A DNA stretch of 63,716 nt, filler included, from Reticulomyxa filosa (GCA_000512085.1; 14 parts of 14 records of this genome joined end to end with filler, not necessarily neighbours in it), one strand, 5' to 3'; positions 40,696 to 54,725 are shown, numbered from the whole stretch's first letter. Notes: generated from the letters alone by a model not told the origin. A program made the numbers and translations.

Positions 40696-42823
40696 TCAGT
40701 TTTAAGTCGGGCAAAACCGAAACCCACTTGCTGATAACAAGGCTTGTGAAGGCGATCCGGACGGTCGAGGCAAGGTGTATTTACCCCAATCGGTTCTACT
40801 GCAAGCCATGATTGGACAAAATACACAACATGGAATTGAATCAAGCATCCGATCATATCTGACACTAGTGAACTATCAAATGCCAGCATGCATGGTGGCA
40901 TTGGAACTGGGCATGGTATTGACATGCACGATTATAGAAACAATCAACGACAATCTAAAATGACGTCGAATGATCGACACGAACGGTACAAGACGGATTG
41001 CTATAAAACGAAATCGGCCAGACAGTGGATTAACAGATAATGTTATAAAGAAATAAAAACTCCAATCGTCAACGCTTCAAGTTGCAGTACACAGTTCAAG
41101 TTTGCAACAAAATGAAGAAAAGAAGATTGAAGAAGTGACATTTGAAAATGTGTGGAAAAAGAATATAAAAGTGCGGCGGCAATTTATGTGTTCTAACACT
41201 CCAACGATTGTCGTCACACATATCAAATCACCGACAGCAGTAATTAAGTTACTTGGATTGAAGAACAGTAATGTATTGTCCAGAAAAGTATTGGCACATA
41301 CATTTTCTGGAAATTTCAGGGCATTATTTGATCATTTTGCGGTTGATGTTAATGATCAGCAACTGATTCAGCTTGCTCATAAATTCAATGATTCTAAAAA
41401 TATGTAAATTGAACAAAAAGATAACAGTAACTGATATTTATCGTAAGAAGTGATAAATCCGAAATTAATAGATATGTCCTGCTTCGAGGTGTCAATCCAC
41501 AAAAGTGAAAATGAAATTAAAGGAACATTGGAGAATTATGGATCTCAAATACAAGAGGTGAAACGATTCCATAAAATGCCGATTGTCAAAGTGATGTCGT
41601 TAAGGTATTGAAAGACAATGACATTCATATTGGGGTAAAGCCATTTGATAAAAATAAATCCAAATTACATTTCAAACAATGCGGAAACTACTATACATTG
41701 CTCATGAATGTCCAAGAAACGCAAAGTATATAAATATTGCGGATTGGTAAATCACGAAGCAGCTAAATGTCGAAACAAGGACGACCAAGAAAACACAAAT
41801 GTGCCTCTGCCGTAAGCAACATCCAAGTGATTCAGTGTAATGTGAAGTGATTCGCAAAGCAAGAGAAAAACTTGGTATTAAATTGACGAGGAAGGAAGAT
41901 GATGAGAATCATCATGAGATTAGATTCAAAGTGCTATATCCAAGCCATTGGAATTGGATGAAAGTTGCGTTTGGTCATTTGATATCCATCAAAGTGACAT
42001 TACAAAGGAGGAGGTTATTGAGTCACTGAGACATTTGTCTCCATATAAAGCACAAAGTCCTGATAACATCCACAATCAAATGCTTAAGAATAGTGGCAAT
42101 GTAATGATTGATTCGTTGGTATTTCTATTTTTCCGAATGGGATATATGCCAATTGAATGGAAAAAGGCAAACATTGTGCATATTCCCAAGCCTGACAGAG
42201 ATCATAATCAGTGCAAGAATCACAGACCAATTTCATTGTTAGTAAATTGATGAAAAGAATAATCACAAAGAGATTGATGTGGTGGTTAAATGAGAAACAG
42301 TTATTACATCAAACACAAGCAGGACTCCGATCATTCGATTGCAATTCAGTTACTTATGTAGTGTTGTTGGACATCTCTGCAGCATATGACAGTGTTTGGA
42401 GAAATGGATTAAGATACAAAATTAGAAATGAATTTCAACTAGATGGAAGATTATATTGACGGATTGATTGCTTTTTATCAGATCGACTTGAAAGGGTTGT
42501 ATTGAATGGAGTCATTCAGAATGGATTGAATTCAATATTGTATATTAACGACCTACCGACAGTGGTTCATCAGCCTATTCAGTGGCATGTTTGCTGTGGA
42601 CATCAATATTTACAATGAAATGAGCGACCAACTAGTGATATTACAACACATTCAGATATTAGAACAAGAAGAAATTTCCAAAGATGAAATTGACATTACA
42701 GCGATCAAACCTGAATAAATATGCATCTGCATTTTGGAATAAAAAAAAAAAAAAAAAAAAAAAAGACATTTTGGAATGGTGCAGCAGCACTCATAAGATA
42801 TGATTGAGCGTATACAATGTGTT
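40696..42823 (+). mobile_element. Second decayed copy of LINE subfamily X (putative 5' UTR, ORF1, RT; endonuclease deleted)
   Basis: Near-identical blocks to the reverse complement of 26050-28000 (e.g. GTGAAGTGATTCGCAA.GCAAGAGAAAAACTTGGTATTAAATT; LLDISAAYDSVWRN). RT N-terminal KAQSPDNI..WKKANIV.IPK..HRPISLL. Confidence 0.9.
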
Positions 42824-43699
42824 NNNNNNNNNNNNNNNNNNNNNNNNNNNNNNNNNNNNNNNNNNNNTTAATTAATTAANNNNNNNNNNNNNNNNNNNNN
42901 NNNNNNNNNNNNNNNNNNNNNNNAAATAGTTTTTTTAAAACTTGAATATAGTTTGTTTTTTTTTAAGATTGCACTTAGACAAAGAAAAAAAGAAAATTAT
43001 GTATGATGAAAATAAACTTGAGTTAATAAACAATGTTTGCGTGTTTGCTTGTTGTTTGTCAAACAAACGAACGGACAAACATAGATAAAAAGATTACAGT
43101 CGATTTTTATATTTATTATCGACAAGGTTATAAATGTCAATTGACGATTTGAAGGCTTGTAGTATCAGTAAATTTAAGTTATATAAAATAAAGACGAAAG
43201 TAACAAAATAAATAATATAAATGAAGATTTAACTCAAATTTCGAAGCAAATAGAATATGTTAACACAATTTGCTAGCTTGTATAGTAATTTTCAAAAAGC
43301 TAAAAAAAGATATTATTAATTTTTACATAAAATTAATTAGTACAATTGAAGTTCAGAAAGAAAATACATTGAAAAATTTGTATGATTATAATGAAAATAA
43401 AATAAAATTAACATGACGATTGAACCAAATGTAATCGATTAAAAAAAATATACAATCAAAAAAAGATTTGGTTGATCAATGCATTTATCAACCTACTTTT
43501 ACTTCACCTATGCGAAGAGCTATTTTGAAAATATTAATATATTGATCAATGTCAATGGAATATATGCTAGTGAAACAGAAGTTCTTGATCAACGATTTTC
43601 TCAAGTCATTGGAAACACGTACTCAACTTAAACATGATAAACTCGATCATAACTATTCATTACAAATGCAAATGTGTAGCATGTAACTCAATTAAATTC

Positions 43700-44056
43700 A
43701 TTAATCATAAAAGAAGAAAAAAAAGAAAAATTGCTGCTGTAATTTTTGCCAACAGAAAAGCAAAACAAGATAACATTATTGTATCAAGGAAGCATTGATG
43801 GCCAATTTTCATCAAAGATTTAATGAAAAAGGTGCAACATTAACAATTGTACGAGACGAAACCGGTCATGTATTTGGAGGTTTTACAAATATGAATTGGA
43901 GAAGCAGTAGACATATTAGTACTTTAAACGATATAGGAGCGTTTGTATATTTGTTGATAGCTAAAAAGCACATTCCACAAAAATGGTGTATCAAATCTAG
44001 AGAACAGACTGTAATTTGTAATTATGATGAATATGGTCCATGCTTTGGTATTGCAA
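43700..44056 (+). pseudogene. TLDc-domain protein remnant
   Basis: ITLLYQGSIDG / ANFHQR..KGATLTIVRDETGHVFGGFT..W...YGPCFG. In-frame TAA at ~43740 and a frameshifting deletion at ~43800. Confidence 0.8.
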
Positions 44057-44646
44057 NNNNNNNNNNNNNNNNNNNNNNNNNNNNNNNNNNNNNNNNNNNN
44101 TTAATTAATTAANNNNNNNNNNNNNNNNNNNNNNNNNNNNNNNNNNNNNNNNNNNNATTTGAAATTTTTTAAAGAAAACAAGTACACTTTCTTTTGGTAG
44201 TTACAGATAAATTAAGCAGTTTATTATTATAAATTTTTCTTTCATCGAACTACAAATCAGTATTTTTTGCGTATAATTTTTTGAATTCGGTGTAAATTTA
44301 ACCTGAAATACTAAAATGTTTCATAAAGAACTTTTGTTTGCAAGTAATAATTGTTCAAAATACGTGACAGAGTGTGGTCACTTGATACAATCTCCGTATA
44401 ATCCACTTTCCGAGTGTTTTGTCACGCCATAGAGTGCTTCTGAGCTTTTGTCAGTCAGTAGAAATTTTTTTTAGCATTTTTAGAAATGTAGTCCAAAGAA
44501 AATGAAAATTTTATTGATGAATCGCCACAATTAGCTCTAAAGCATACCTTAGAGCAATAATTCTTTTATTGTTACAAACGAAGTTTATGAACAAATGAAA
44601 AACAGAAGTTTCATTTCTGAAACTAATAAAAAAAAGTAGAAACTCT

Positions 44647-47600
44647 TTACACTTGATCCTTTTGTGTTTGTGTTCCGTTTTCCTCACTTTCCACAGAAGT
44701 AACAGCATCTCTTATTTCTTGAGGCTTGGGGGTGTCTTCTCCGAGCCACTCTGCCAAGTTGTCAGTAACATTATCTATGGTGTCACGTTTGTCACTAATA
44801 TTTTCTTCCTCATTACTGAGCAAATTTTCCAAGTTCTCTAATACATTTGCAACAGTGTCACGCTTTTCGTGCTTGTTTCCCGCATTATTATCTTTTGATT
44901 TTTTAGACTTCTTTCGTTTAGGTGACATACTTCCTCTGAAATAGTAGTGCTTTTTCGCAAATTTGTCACGCACGTTTTCAGCCATTTGGATCGTGTCTGT
45001 GTAAATGGCGCCTCTAGGTAATTCTCCTTCTTCCAATGGCGCTTTTTTCAGTAATGTTAATTTCTGGTTGAATGGTAAGTTATAACTTTTTCTTCCATCA
45101 TCATCTAACATAATACCAGATTTATGAATACTAAGTGAACGTGGAGATCCAGCTTCTGTTGTCCTTTGTCCGGCATCGATTTCCTTTGCTTCATTAGAGT
45201 CTAATGTTGGGATGACTGATATCTTATCCAATATCAACAAATAAATGAAATAAGGTAGTAAAAAGAAGAGACCCAATGACAGAATGCTGACAGTGAGTTT
45301 GAAAGAATCTGGTGCCTCCAATTTGATGTTGAAAAGAGTAATAGCCAAGGCAATAAACCAGACATAAGATTCACCCACATTGGTCGGAAAGCTAGCCATT
45401 GGCATTATAAACAATTGAATCGCTAATATCATACCCACAGCCACAGCCAAAAAGGTGGAAGTAACTTCTGAGCTTGATGCAGGAATACTAGCGATCACAA
45501 TGATGAACAAACGTCGTAATAAGGCATATGATACATACCACCACGTGTTTTTGCGATACATCAATACTAGAGAAGGATAACGGATTTGTAGATAGAGATG
45601 ACCTCCAATACGGTAATCACGTAACATTATGGCGTACAAAATAAGTGGAAACAGTCCCACGATGAATATACCTGCAAATGCTGCAAAATGGCTTTGATCA
45701 TAACATGTAATAGCTCCAGCATAGTACATGCGCAAACCGTGTCCTGTAACCGGCCTACAACTTATCAATTTAATTAAAGTACTTGCAACTTGTGCGTACA
45801 ATGTCAAGCAGACATTCCACACGGCACTATTGAATCCATTTGTAAATCTTGCTGGGATTGGCTGTTTGCCAAGTTTGATATATCGGAATAACGTCATACC
45901 TACATAGACGAGTATCAGGAGTATGATTGCTACTGCTGAAGGCAGCAATTCAAGATACAACTTGGTTCTTCCGTCCATATCCTTCAAAACACAATCTCCT
46001 GATTTGGAGGTCGCGAAATCCATACGTAAATTGGCTGCTCTCGCCAATGGTTCAATGAAAGCAGATGTTTGTTGGAAAGTTAAGTAAGGAATTAACTGGA
46101 ATACAAACAACGCCGATTTGCTCGTATAGGTAACCAGTGGCATGGGTGTTTTCTGAACTTGTCGAGCGCCCAAAATGAAAAACAAACCAACAAGGGCAAA
46201 AGCCATAGCAAATGCTAAACCAATTTGCTTTGTCAATCCTGAATTATCGGTACACACTTTGCACATGCCCGATGGCGAAGTAGTCTCGGACAACCCATCT
46301 GAGCATTTGCCACATAATGGAACCGATGGATCTCTACCAGTCGCACATAATGATGATTTGTTTGAAAAGCTACAGCCATTATTGTCATGACAACAATATC
46401 CAGCAGGGCACATTTGAGTGGCCAAATAACCCTCATCACTTTCAATTCCGTACCAATTCACTTGCACAGTAACCAGATTGAAGCCATTGCATTTACACCC
46501 TATTTCACACTGTCGACAAGGTGCATTTTTTAGTGTGTATTGATTAATATTGCATGGAGTACAGGTAAAGATGCCAGTTCCTAAAGAAGTTTGATTTTTT
46601 TGGAAATATCCTGGGAAACAATTAATTACAGTCACTGATGCTTGTTGAGTCACAGCGAGATTGTTTGGGTCCATAACGTCGGCGGTACCCACTCTACCGA
46701 CATTCCCAGAAGCAACAAACAATGGGAATACGAAAGATTCGTTCTTGGGACCTGCTGCTTTGCTTGTCACTGTCACAGGATCATTTCCTTTCAAAAAGAT
46801 ATCGTATTGTGGTGTTAGCAACAAATTTCCAAACGCATCCCATCCATATACTTGCAACAATACAAAGGCTCCTGGTGTCATATTGAAATGAACAACCGCA
46901 TCGTACAGTGTAGATTTTTCAATAACTTTTGAATTTGAGTTGGCTTTTTCACATTGTCCACTCTTATCGACGGTCACAGTTTGAATACATAGATATTTTG
47001 CGCTTGATGTAAATGTTTCACAACCAGCGGTTTCGGAACTGCAAAATCCGGACAATAAGGAATTTGGATTTGTAATTGGATTGTCACCTTCCACAATTTG
47101 TAAAAAGCCATCAGGACCGTTGAGAGTTGCTGAGTTACCACGATTCTTTGTTTGTAAAAAGAGTGTGCAATCTGCTTGATGTTTATCAGTTTTTCCATAT
47201 AACACCCAGAAAAATGCTCCTCCACGATTGGCAACATTGTAGGTCAAATTCGTATAAAAAAATCCCATGCACATTAAATTGGGTGTGATTGGATATAATT
47301 CGCGATAATGTCCTCCGCCGTCACCTGCAGCTCGGTTGGCTTTGAATAGAACATGTGAAGATGTAAATACTGCTCCATAGATCCAAGTTCCTCCTCCATT
47401 TTGACCTGCATTATTTTGAATAATACTTGTTTTGATCAGTTGCAAATTGCCCCAATCTACGTACACACCACCTCCGTGGGAAGACGCGCTGTTGTTAAAT
47501 ATCATTCCTTGCACTAATCGTACGACTGATTTAAATGACCATTGTGTTTTGTTATTGATGGACATGGCTACTCCACCACCGTATTTCGCACTATTTCCTT

Positions 47601-50600
47601 GTATTGTGACATTATTCAAGTCAATTACGCCCATGTAAGGCAATACTGAGGTATCAACGCCAAAAAATCCAGAAACAGCACCACCATAGGTTCCACCGTG
47701 GTTGTTTTCAAATCGTGAATTGACAATGCTCACACTGAGATAATTGCTCACATTCCATAGTCCTTCCAATTGAATTGCTCCACCATCGCCCTCCGCAATG
47801 TTGGATTCAAAATTACAATTGTCCATTTGAATGTTGGGTTTGATCCAATCGTACACGCGTTTCACTAATACACTATGGTAAGGTCTCGATGAGTCTGGTC
47901 TATGCACAGCTAGACAGTAAGAGCCTTGTGTCAATCCATTTACAGGAAACACTAGATTAATACTACATGAAGTTGCACCATTAATAGGTTCGAAATGCCA
48001 CCATATTTCTTCATATGGATTAGATACATTTAATATTTGTGTTTTGTTGCTACCCTGCGGTTGCAAGACACCTCCTTCATAGAAAAGACAAAATGAGTCG
48101 ATGGTCTCAAATAACGTATCAAATCCGATATACAGCTCTGTACCTCTGCTTGGAAACTCCTTTATATCACATATTGCCCAAAATTTAATCAGACTATCTC
48201 CGGAGTATTGCGAAGAATTTAAGTGATTCAAACCAAATAATTTCTAGGAGAAGTGGAGTCATCTGTATATAGTTCGAAACCCACCTCTTTTTTACCGGAT
48301 TGTGAATTGTTTTGCCTCGCTGGTATCGTAGGTGCACCTGTCGGAGCAACAGTAGTGACAACAGCTCCTCCATTTGACATATCAATAGAATAGTCTTTGC
48401 CATTTTTGATCTCAAAGTTATGAGGAATGGAGGTGGCCAATCGAACAGGGATGTGGATATTATAGTTGCTTGTTGTGGGTTGAGTCGTTGGAGACGTGGT
48501 TGGTGCCATTGTTGGCGTTTGCAAGTAATAAGACAAATTATTGAATGACATTGTGAAATTGCCGCTGAAATTGGATTGCAGTTGATACAATACAGCGTTT
48601 GACAACATATCTCGGAGAACAGATTGTTGTAGATTGGCATAAGGAGTCGTGGTGTCATTCACTTGTAAGAAGACCCAGAAGTCAATTGTATTTTGTTGCG
48701 TCGCCAAATGATATGACATATCTTTTGTTTTGGCCACCAATAAGTTGTTTAACGAAGTGGATATACTTTGCTCCATTGTTTTAAACGTGGTTTCGTTTAC
48801 GCGGTGCATAGTACCATTGATCTTAATGTATTGTAGCACTGAATTCACCACACGAGGTGTAGGTGGAGGAGTGGGGGAGGGGGCAAGAATAACGCCACGT
48901 ATTCCCCACGCTTCAGCCCTTTCCAAAAACTTCCATCGATTGCACTTGCCTGAGAAACCAGAAATGAATATGATATCTTCGTCCAAGCTTAGCCAATCTG
49001 TTTGATTGCTATAGTCACAATCGGTGATACTACTATTAAGTACTAACACTGTCATCACGACATTCTTTAAAGAATAATAATTGGTGCCTGTAAGAGGTTT
49101 TGAGGGAATCGTTGTAAAACTCGTTCCATTATTAAACTGCAATACAATGTCTTCCGTGTCAAATCCCCAATTTTTACAGGCATTGCTTTGACATATAAAA
49201 GGCTGATAGATATCTGAAAAGGCTTTGCACACAAACGAAACCAAAGGACTAGCTTTGATTACAGTACAAGCCGCTGATTTATTATTCCATCCCGCAAACT
49301 CGTTAGAAACGTCGGAAACATTATATTCACTTCCATCTGCAAGAGTCACCAAAGGTAGTACATCATGAATTTGGGTGTTAAATGTAATAGATGTGTTTAA
49401 TACAGCAATGGGTGCATCTGCGGTCAAAGAACCCGATACCAATGAGCACTTGTTGATAATGTTAACCGCATTGTTTGTGATAGTGACGTCCGTGTCCACG
49501 TTCCAGAAATATTTCCAATCTAGGGTGCTGGATAAAGACGGGTCCGACCATAGACACAAGATGGCCAATATGTGTTTTATGGTACTGTTTCCTCCTTTTT
49601 CTTCTGGATAGCAATAGCGTCCAGCACGTATGCATTCGGTATTACTGTTTTCTGGATATTTTGTAAAAAGGTTTTCAAATGCAAGATTTACAACCAAGCG
49701 ATTTGCTAAAAATCCAAATAATTGTTTTTTCATGTTCGACAGCAAAGTTAATCCTGATGTAGATTCAATGGAACTTCCGATCAAAATAGTGGCTTTTGTG
49801 TTTATCCACAAATCTGGTCGACAAATTTTGACAGTTTCAGAAGGTCCTGTTTATTGAGCAATACACAAATGTTTGTTTATGGGTGTAGTTTTGAATTTGT
49901 GAAGAAAAACATACCATAGTTTCCGAGAGAAGGTGAAACAAATGTATAGGTCGTCCATTGAATACTCCACGTTCCCTCTCCATAATTCAATCCGTCACCA
50001 TATGCATCGTTCATTGTGAAAGTCAAACAACTTTCATTGGTTGAAAAACAAGTAGAGTTTTTATATGCGCCTTTGAGAAAAGTTCCGCTGTTGCCAGATA
50101 TTTGCCATGATATATCACCACTATGCATTGTATCAGAGTGAATAATCAATTTAATGTCACAATCGCTTTCATTTTGTGCAATCATGGTTCTCCTTCTTTG
50201 TGCAACAGCGCTCGCCACTGGGCTTGGGGTAGGAGCAAAGGTTTGAGCCATGATCGTGTTGTTCAATAAACCAATTTCATAATCAGTATTAATGTATATG
50301 CATCCTCCGCTGCCTTTGCACTTGTTGCTTACGAATTTACTATTCTTCAAGTTCAAGACTGGATCGGAACTCACTGCATTGCCGTCAATCACCAAGCTAG
50401 CCGAACGAGTGATGTACATACACGCACCATAGCCAGTAGTTGCCGTGTTATTATTGAATGTGCAACCATCCATATTGCAAGACGAATATTCGATCCAAAT
50501 TCCACCGCTCAACAAGGCCACACTGTTGGAAATCACAACATCTTGCATATCCACGCGTGAATATTGGAAATGACCGTTGACAGCGTAACCATTGCACTTG

Positions 50601-53600
50601 TTATAATCGAATGTCACATCTTTCATAGAGACATAAGCGCATTTGGAAGAAATTCCCGAAATTGCCAAGCCCGCAGTATTGTTTACAATTCTGGTGCGTT
50701 CAATTTTGATATTTGCCTTGCGTGTCATGTCAAGGCCACAGCTCCAAAATGTTCCTACGGTTGATCCAGAAGCATAATTCTGATTAAATATACTATTATT
50801 AATGGAAATGGTGGTGTGTCCAAAATTATTGTCCATGAATGATCCGCCCATTCCATATCCAATATTTCTGACTGCGGTGATGTTGTTAAAGTTGATGGAT
50901 GCTATAGTTTGATCCGTGTTGGAGGAACCGAATACTACTCCAAATAACTTGAAAGAGATATTGAATTGCCGAACGTTACTCAAATCCAAAAAGTCGATCA
51001 AATCAGCTCCTTGCAAATTCAATGAAAGACTTTGGCCATCGGTGAAAGTGACACCAGGCTTTGTATCCATCACAATCACGTGCGGATATCCTAAATCAAA
51101 CTGAGATATAGTTGCAACAGGTTGGCTACTCGAGTTGAGCAAGCGCAATTGATTGTTCTGCCATGAATAAATTTCTTTAAACTTGAATTGGACACTTGAT
51201 GAAAGTACAATGTACAATCGTTTGATATTCGAGTAGTCGTTATCAATCTCTACCTGGAATGTGTAATGCACTGAGGTCATATTTATGGTCAATGGTTGCG
51301 GAGTAGAGGAATGCAACAAAGATATCCTTTTGTGAGTACTAATATACGACACGGGCCCAAACATGGCATTGTTATTATCAAAAAATTGGTTATTGAACCA
51401 TGCTTGTGTTATATTCGGCAAATTCGTTACTCCCAATCCTAATGCACCACCACTGATGCTGGCGGTATTGTTTGTCCATGTAGCTTGTTGTACGTTTATG
51501 TCATCTACGTTTGCAATAAACATGCCTGCTCCAACTTGTGCAGTGTTTCCTTCAAATGTTGTATCTTGGAATATGACATTTTTCACACAGCCGACATAAG
51601 CGCCACCTCCATAATCAGAAGCGTCATTTTTTAATACTCGAGTGCTTTGAATTTCGTGACGCCCTCTTAACGCCATACCACCTCCATATGTGCTCTTTTG
51701 TTGTTCGATTGTATTGTTTACCACTTTTGTCAATCCGGCCGTTGAAGAAATGGCACCGCCTAATAAAGCTGTATTTGCGGTGAACGTGGTTTGGAAAAGT
51801 GATGCCGTAAAATTCGAGTCATGTTCTTGGCAAGAACAATTATGCAAATTGTTTTGCACATCATCTCCAAGGCAGTCAAAAGAAGTAATAAATAAACCAC
51901 CACCTTGGCTCTGTCCTTTGTTTATTCTGAATCGCGTGTTCCATACATTCAAATTGGACTCTGACAATGATTCTGCCACCCATCCAATGGCACCACCTCC
52001 ATGGAGTTCGTCGTTTGTAGTTTCAACTACTTGATTCTCGATAAATTCAGTGTTACTGATCATTATGTTTAACACTTGTGGTTGTAAGCTCACATAAATA
52101 CCACTGTCTTCAGTTTTATCGGTCCAATGTCTGGATACACCAATAGCACCTCCAAATTGATTTGCTTCATTTGACAAAAATTGTGTGTCATCAATGTCAA
52201 GTAATCGAGATGCACTTGATTGGGATTGGGATTGCAGAAGATCGTCGCCATTGAACGCGGTCAGATTTGCATCTACATATAATTGATTAATGTGGATAGC
52301 ACCTCCACCAAAACTGGCAGAATTGCCCTCAAAGAGGATCGATCCGCTTATGCTTGAGTCGCAACTCTTCGACGATTCCAATTCAGACATCGCAATAGCT
52401 CCACCATATGCAGCTTGATTTTGTGAAAAGGTTGTGTTTTTGATCTGCAAGCAAGTGACGTGGGAGACAATACCTCCACCACGATATGTAGCAGTATTAT
52501 TAACAAGAATGCTTGACAATAGCTTCAATATATAACAATTGGATACAACTGCTCCTCCTAATGGTCCAGTATTGGAACCAAAGTACAAATGTGACATTTT
52601 AAACACTGGTACTTGCGATGCATTCAAACCAGGGCATTCTTTTGGACTGTTTGCGACTATGGCACCACCTGTTCGATTTGCCTTATTTTTCACAAATCGA
52701 GAAGAAGTGCAGTTGGCGAATATGCCTTCCACGAAGAGGGCACCTCCATAGGCAGCGATGTTTGAAGTAAATGTGGATCCATCGATTGTAATCAAGCCAA
52801 CATCTTTGAGTGAACTAGTCCCTGAAGTTAAATTCCTTTCTACTTTTGCGTACAATGCTCCTCCTTTCGATCCGGCTATTACACAGTATAAAGACAAACC
52901 TAATTTTTGTGCCAAAAAAAAACATATATCGCATACCTAAGTTGGAAAAAAATGTTGAGTTGGCCACATTAACAATAGGTCTAGCCGTATCATTGTAATA
53001 AAATCCCAAAACACCACCAAATTTTCCCTTGTTGTTTGTGAAATTTGATGCGATAGCCGTGTACAAGCTCCAACCGCCATTTGCATTACCATCGAAGATA
53101 CAGCCATATTTTTTGCCAGTATTGCGATTAATTTGGGAATGATCAATAAACACAGCGGATACATGAGACACTACAAGCGACGATAGCGAACCCTACACAA
53201 ACCACAAATCTATTATGTAACAAAAAATAAAAAATAAAAAATCAACAAACCTGATTTTTGGTAAATACACTCTTTTGTAGGTGAACCACTGAACAAAATA
53301 CATCCATAATTCCGTTATCAAACATATTATTATCAAAGGTGCTATCCTTCAAAAGTAGATGCCTGTAGCGATTAATAAAAGAAGAAGGAGAAGACCACTG
53401 CGAAGAATTAAATGGTAAATATCCGCAAGAACTTGGGACAAAAGTACGGAACATTATCAAGCTTTGCGAAGAGGTCACACTTGTAGATGTTTGATTATTC
53501 AAAAACCAATGTGACGAATAAACTAAAACCTCATGTGAAGGCACAGAATCAAATATATGATAAAGCACAGTGCCTTTGTTTCTAGTGCAATTGACATTAT

Positions 53601-54029
53601 AAAATTCCAAACGATTCCAATAACCATTGTCAATAGAGGGGACAATCGCATTATTTTCCACAATGCTGAAAACATCACTATTATCTAAAAATTGACAATT
53701 ATTAATTAGCAAATGCGACAATCTACGCGTATTACGATTTCCATTCTTCAACACAATCAAACCGTGTTCGTATTTGTTATTATCACAATTATGGAACAAG
53801 CAATGTTCCATGGTAGTATTAAACAACCAATTATATGTGGATGGAATATCTACAACAATAGCAGTTTGTGCTGTGTATTGTGAAAATATACAATCTTTCA
53901 AATACATTTGAGGTGTAGTTTTTTGTAAATTTGAATTGCCGCCACTTTGTAATAGCATAGTTATTTTGGAGAAATTACTTGACAGCATTGTGATGTTATC
54001 TTGCGATTGGACATACATTTCAATGCCAA
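44647..54029 (-). CDS. Giant cell-surface protein (>3000 aa, 5'-truncated): Pmp-type GGA(I/L/V)/FxxN beta-helix repeats, PA-like domain, P/T-rich linkers, Cys-rich region, ~9 C-terminal TM helices
   Basis: Many FxxNxAxxGGAI repeats. PA-like IIFISGFSGKCNRWKFLERAEAWGIRGVIL. CFPG..CTPC..CPAGYCC..PLCGKC. TM block with YRKNTWWYVSYALLRRLFIIVI. Introns at about 53194-53250, 52877-52937 and 49847-49916; 1-nt frameshift at ~48231. Confidence 0.85.
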
Positions 54030-54216
54030 NNNNNNNNNNNNNNNNNNNNNNNNNNNNNNNNNNNNNNNNNNNNTTAATTAATTAANNNNNNNNNNNNNNN
54101 NNNNNNNNNNNNNNNNNNNNNNNNNNNNNCATTTGGAGAAAAAATTTCAAAATGACTTATTCTGTTTTTATTTATTTTGTTGTCCCTTTTCCACAATAAA
54201 AAAAACAAAAAAAAAG

Positions 54217-54725
54217 GATGATAGCTTTAGTAAAATGAATCGTGTGTTATGCATCGATGCGGAATCTGCAAGTGATAGTGTAAAGTGGTTGTATATCCAT
54301 ACGGAATGACGTTGGAGAACATTCCATCAATATTGGCTCAGCAAATGAGCGGTTTGACGCAAGTGAGCGCATACTGAACGGGATTGGGCATATGCCCTTG
54401 CGCACGCAAGTGGTAGCATTGATTGCAAATAATCCATCGCTGCAATGCACAGCAGGTAGTGTCATACGAACAAGATGATGACATATAGGAAGGCCTGTGC
54501 AGCTTGGGCATGGTAACGCAAATGACCTTGCAATGTGTGAAGAGTCACAAGCTGAAGGAAGAAGTTTGCGTCGGAAAATTGGACTCATTTTTGGAAATTT
54601 ACTGTGTGGACAGTCAAAGCCAAAATCATTTGGTCTACAAGTCCGAAGCCATCAAATTTTCTTTTTAATGATCCCGTAACACACTTCCCAATCTAATATT
54701 GTTGATAAAGCGTTTGTCTGTGTTT
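54217..54725 (+). pseudogene. FAD-linked aldonolactone oxidoreductase (L-galactono-/L-gulono-lactone oxidase family) remnant; not in the ORF track
   Basis: Manual translation across frames gives SKMNRVLCIDAE, YGMTLENIPSILAQQMSGLTQVSAY*TG and GLCSLGMVTQMTLQCVKSHKLKE. An A-rich splice acceptor precedes it. Confidence 0.7.

Noticed and set aside
40221-40925. 234-aa minus-strand ORF
   Set aside because: Antisense to the LINE 5' region plus low-complexity DNA (13-bp AAAAACAATAACC x3), running into a spacer; no motif.
54247-54588. 113-aa Cys-rich minus-strand ORF
   Set aside because: Antisense to the lactone-oxidase pseudogene, whose motifs and splice acceptor are on the plus strand.
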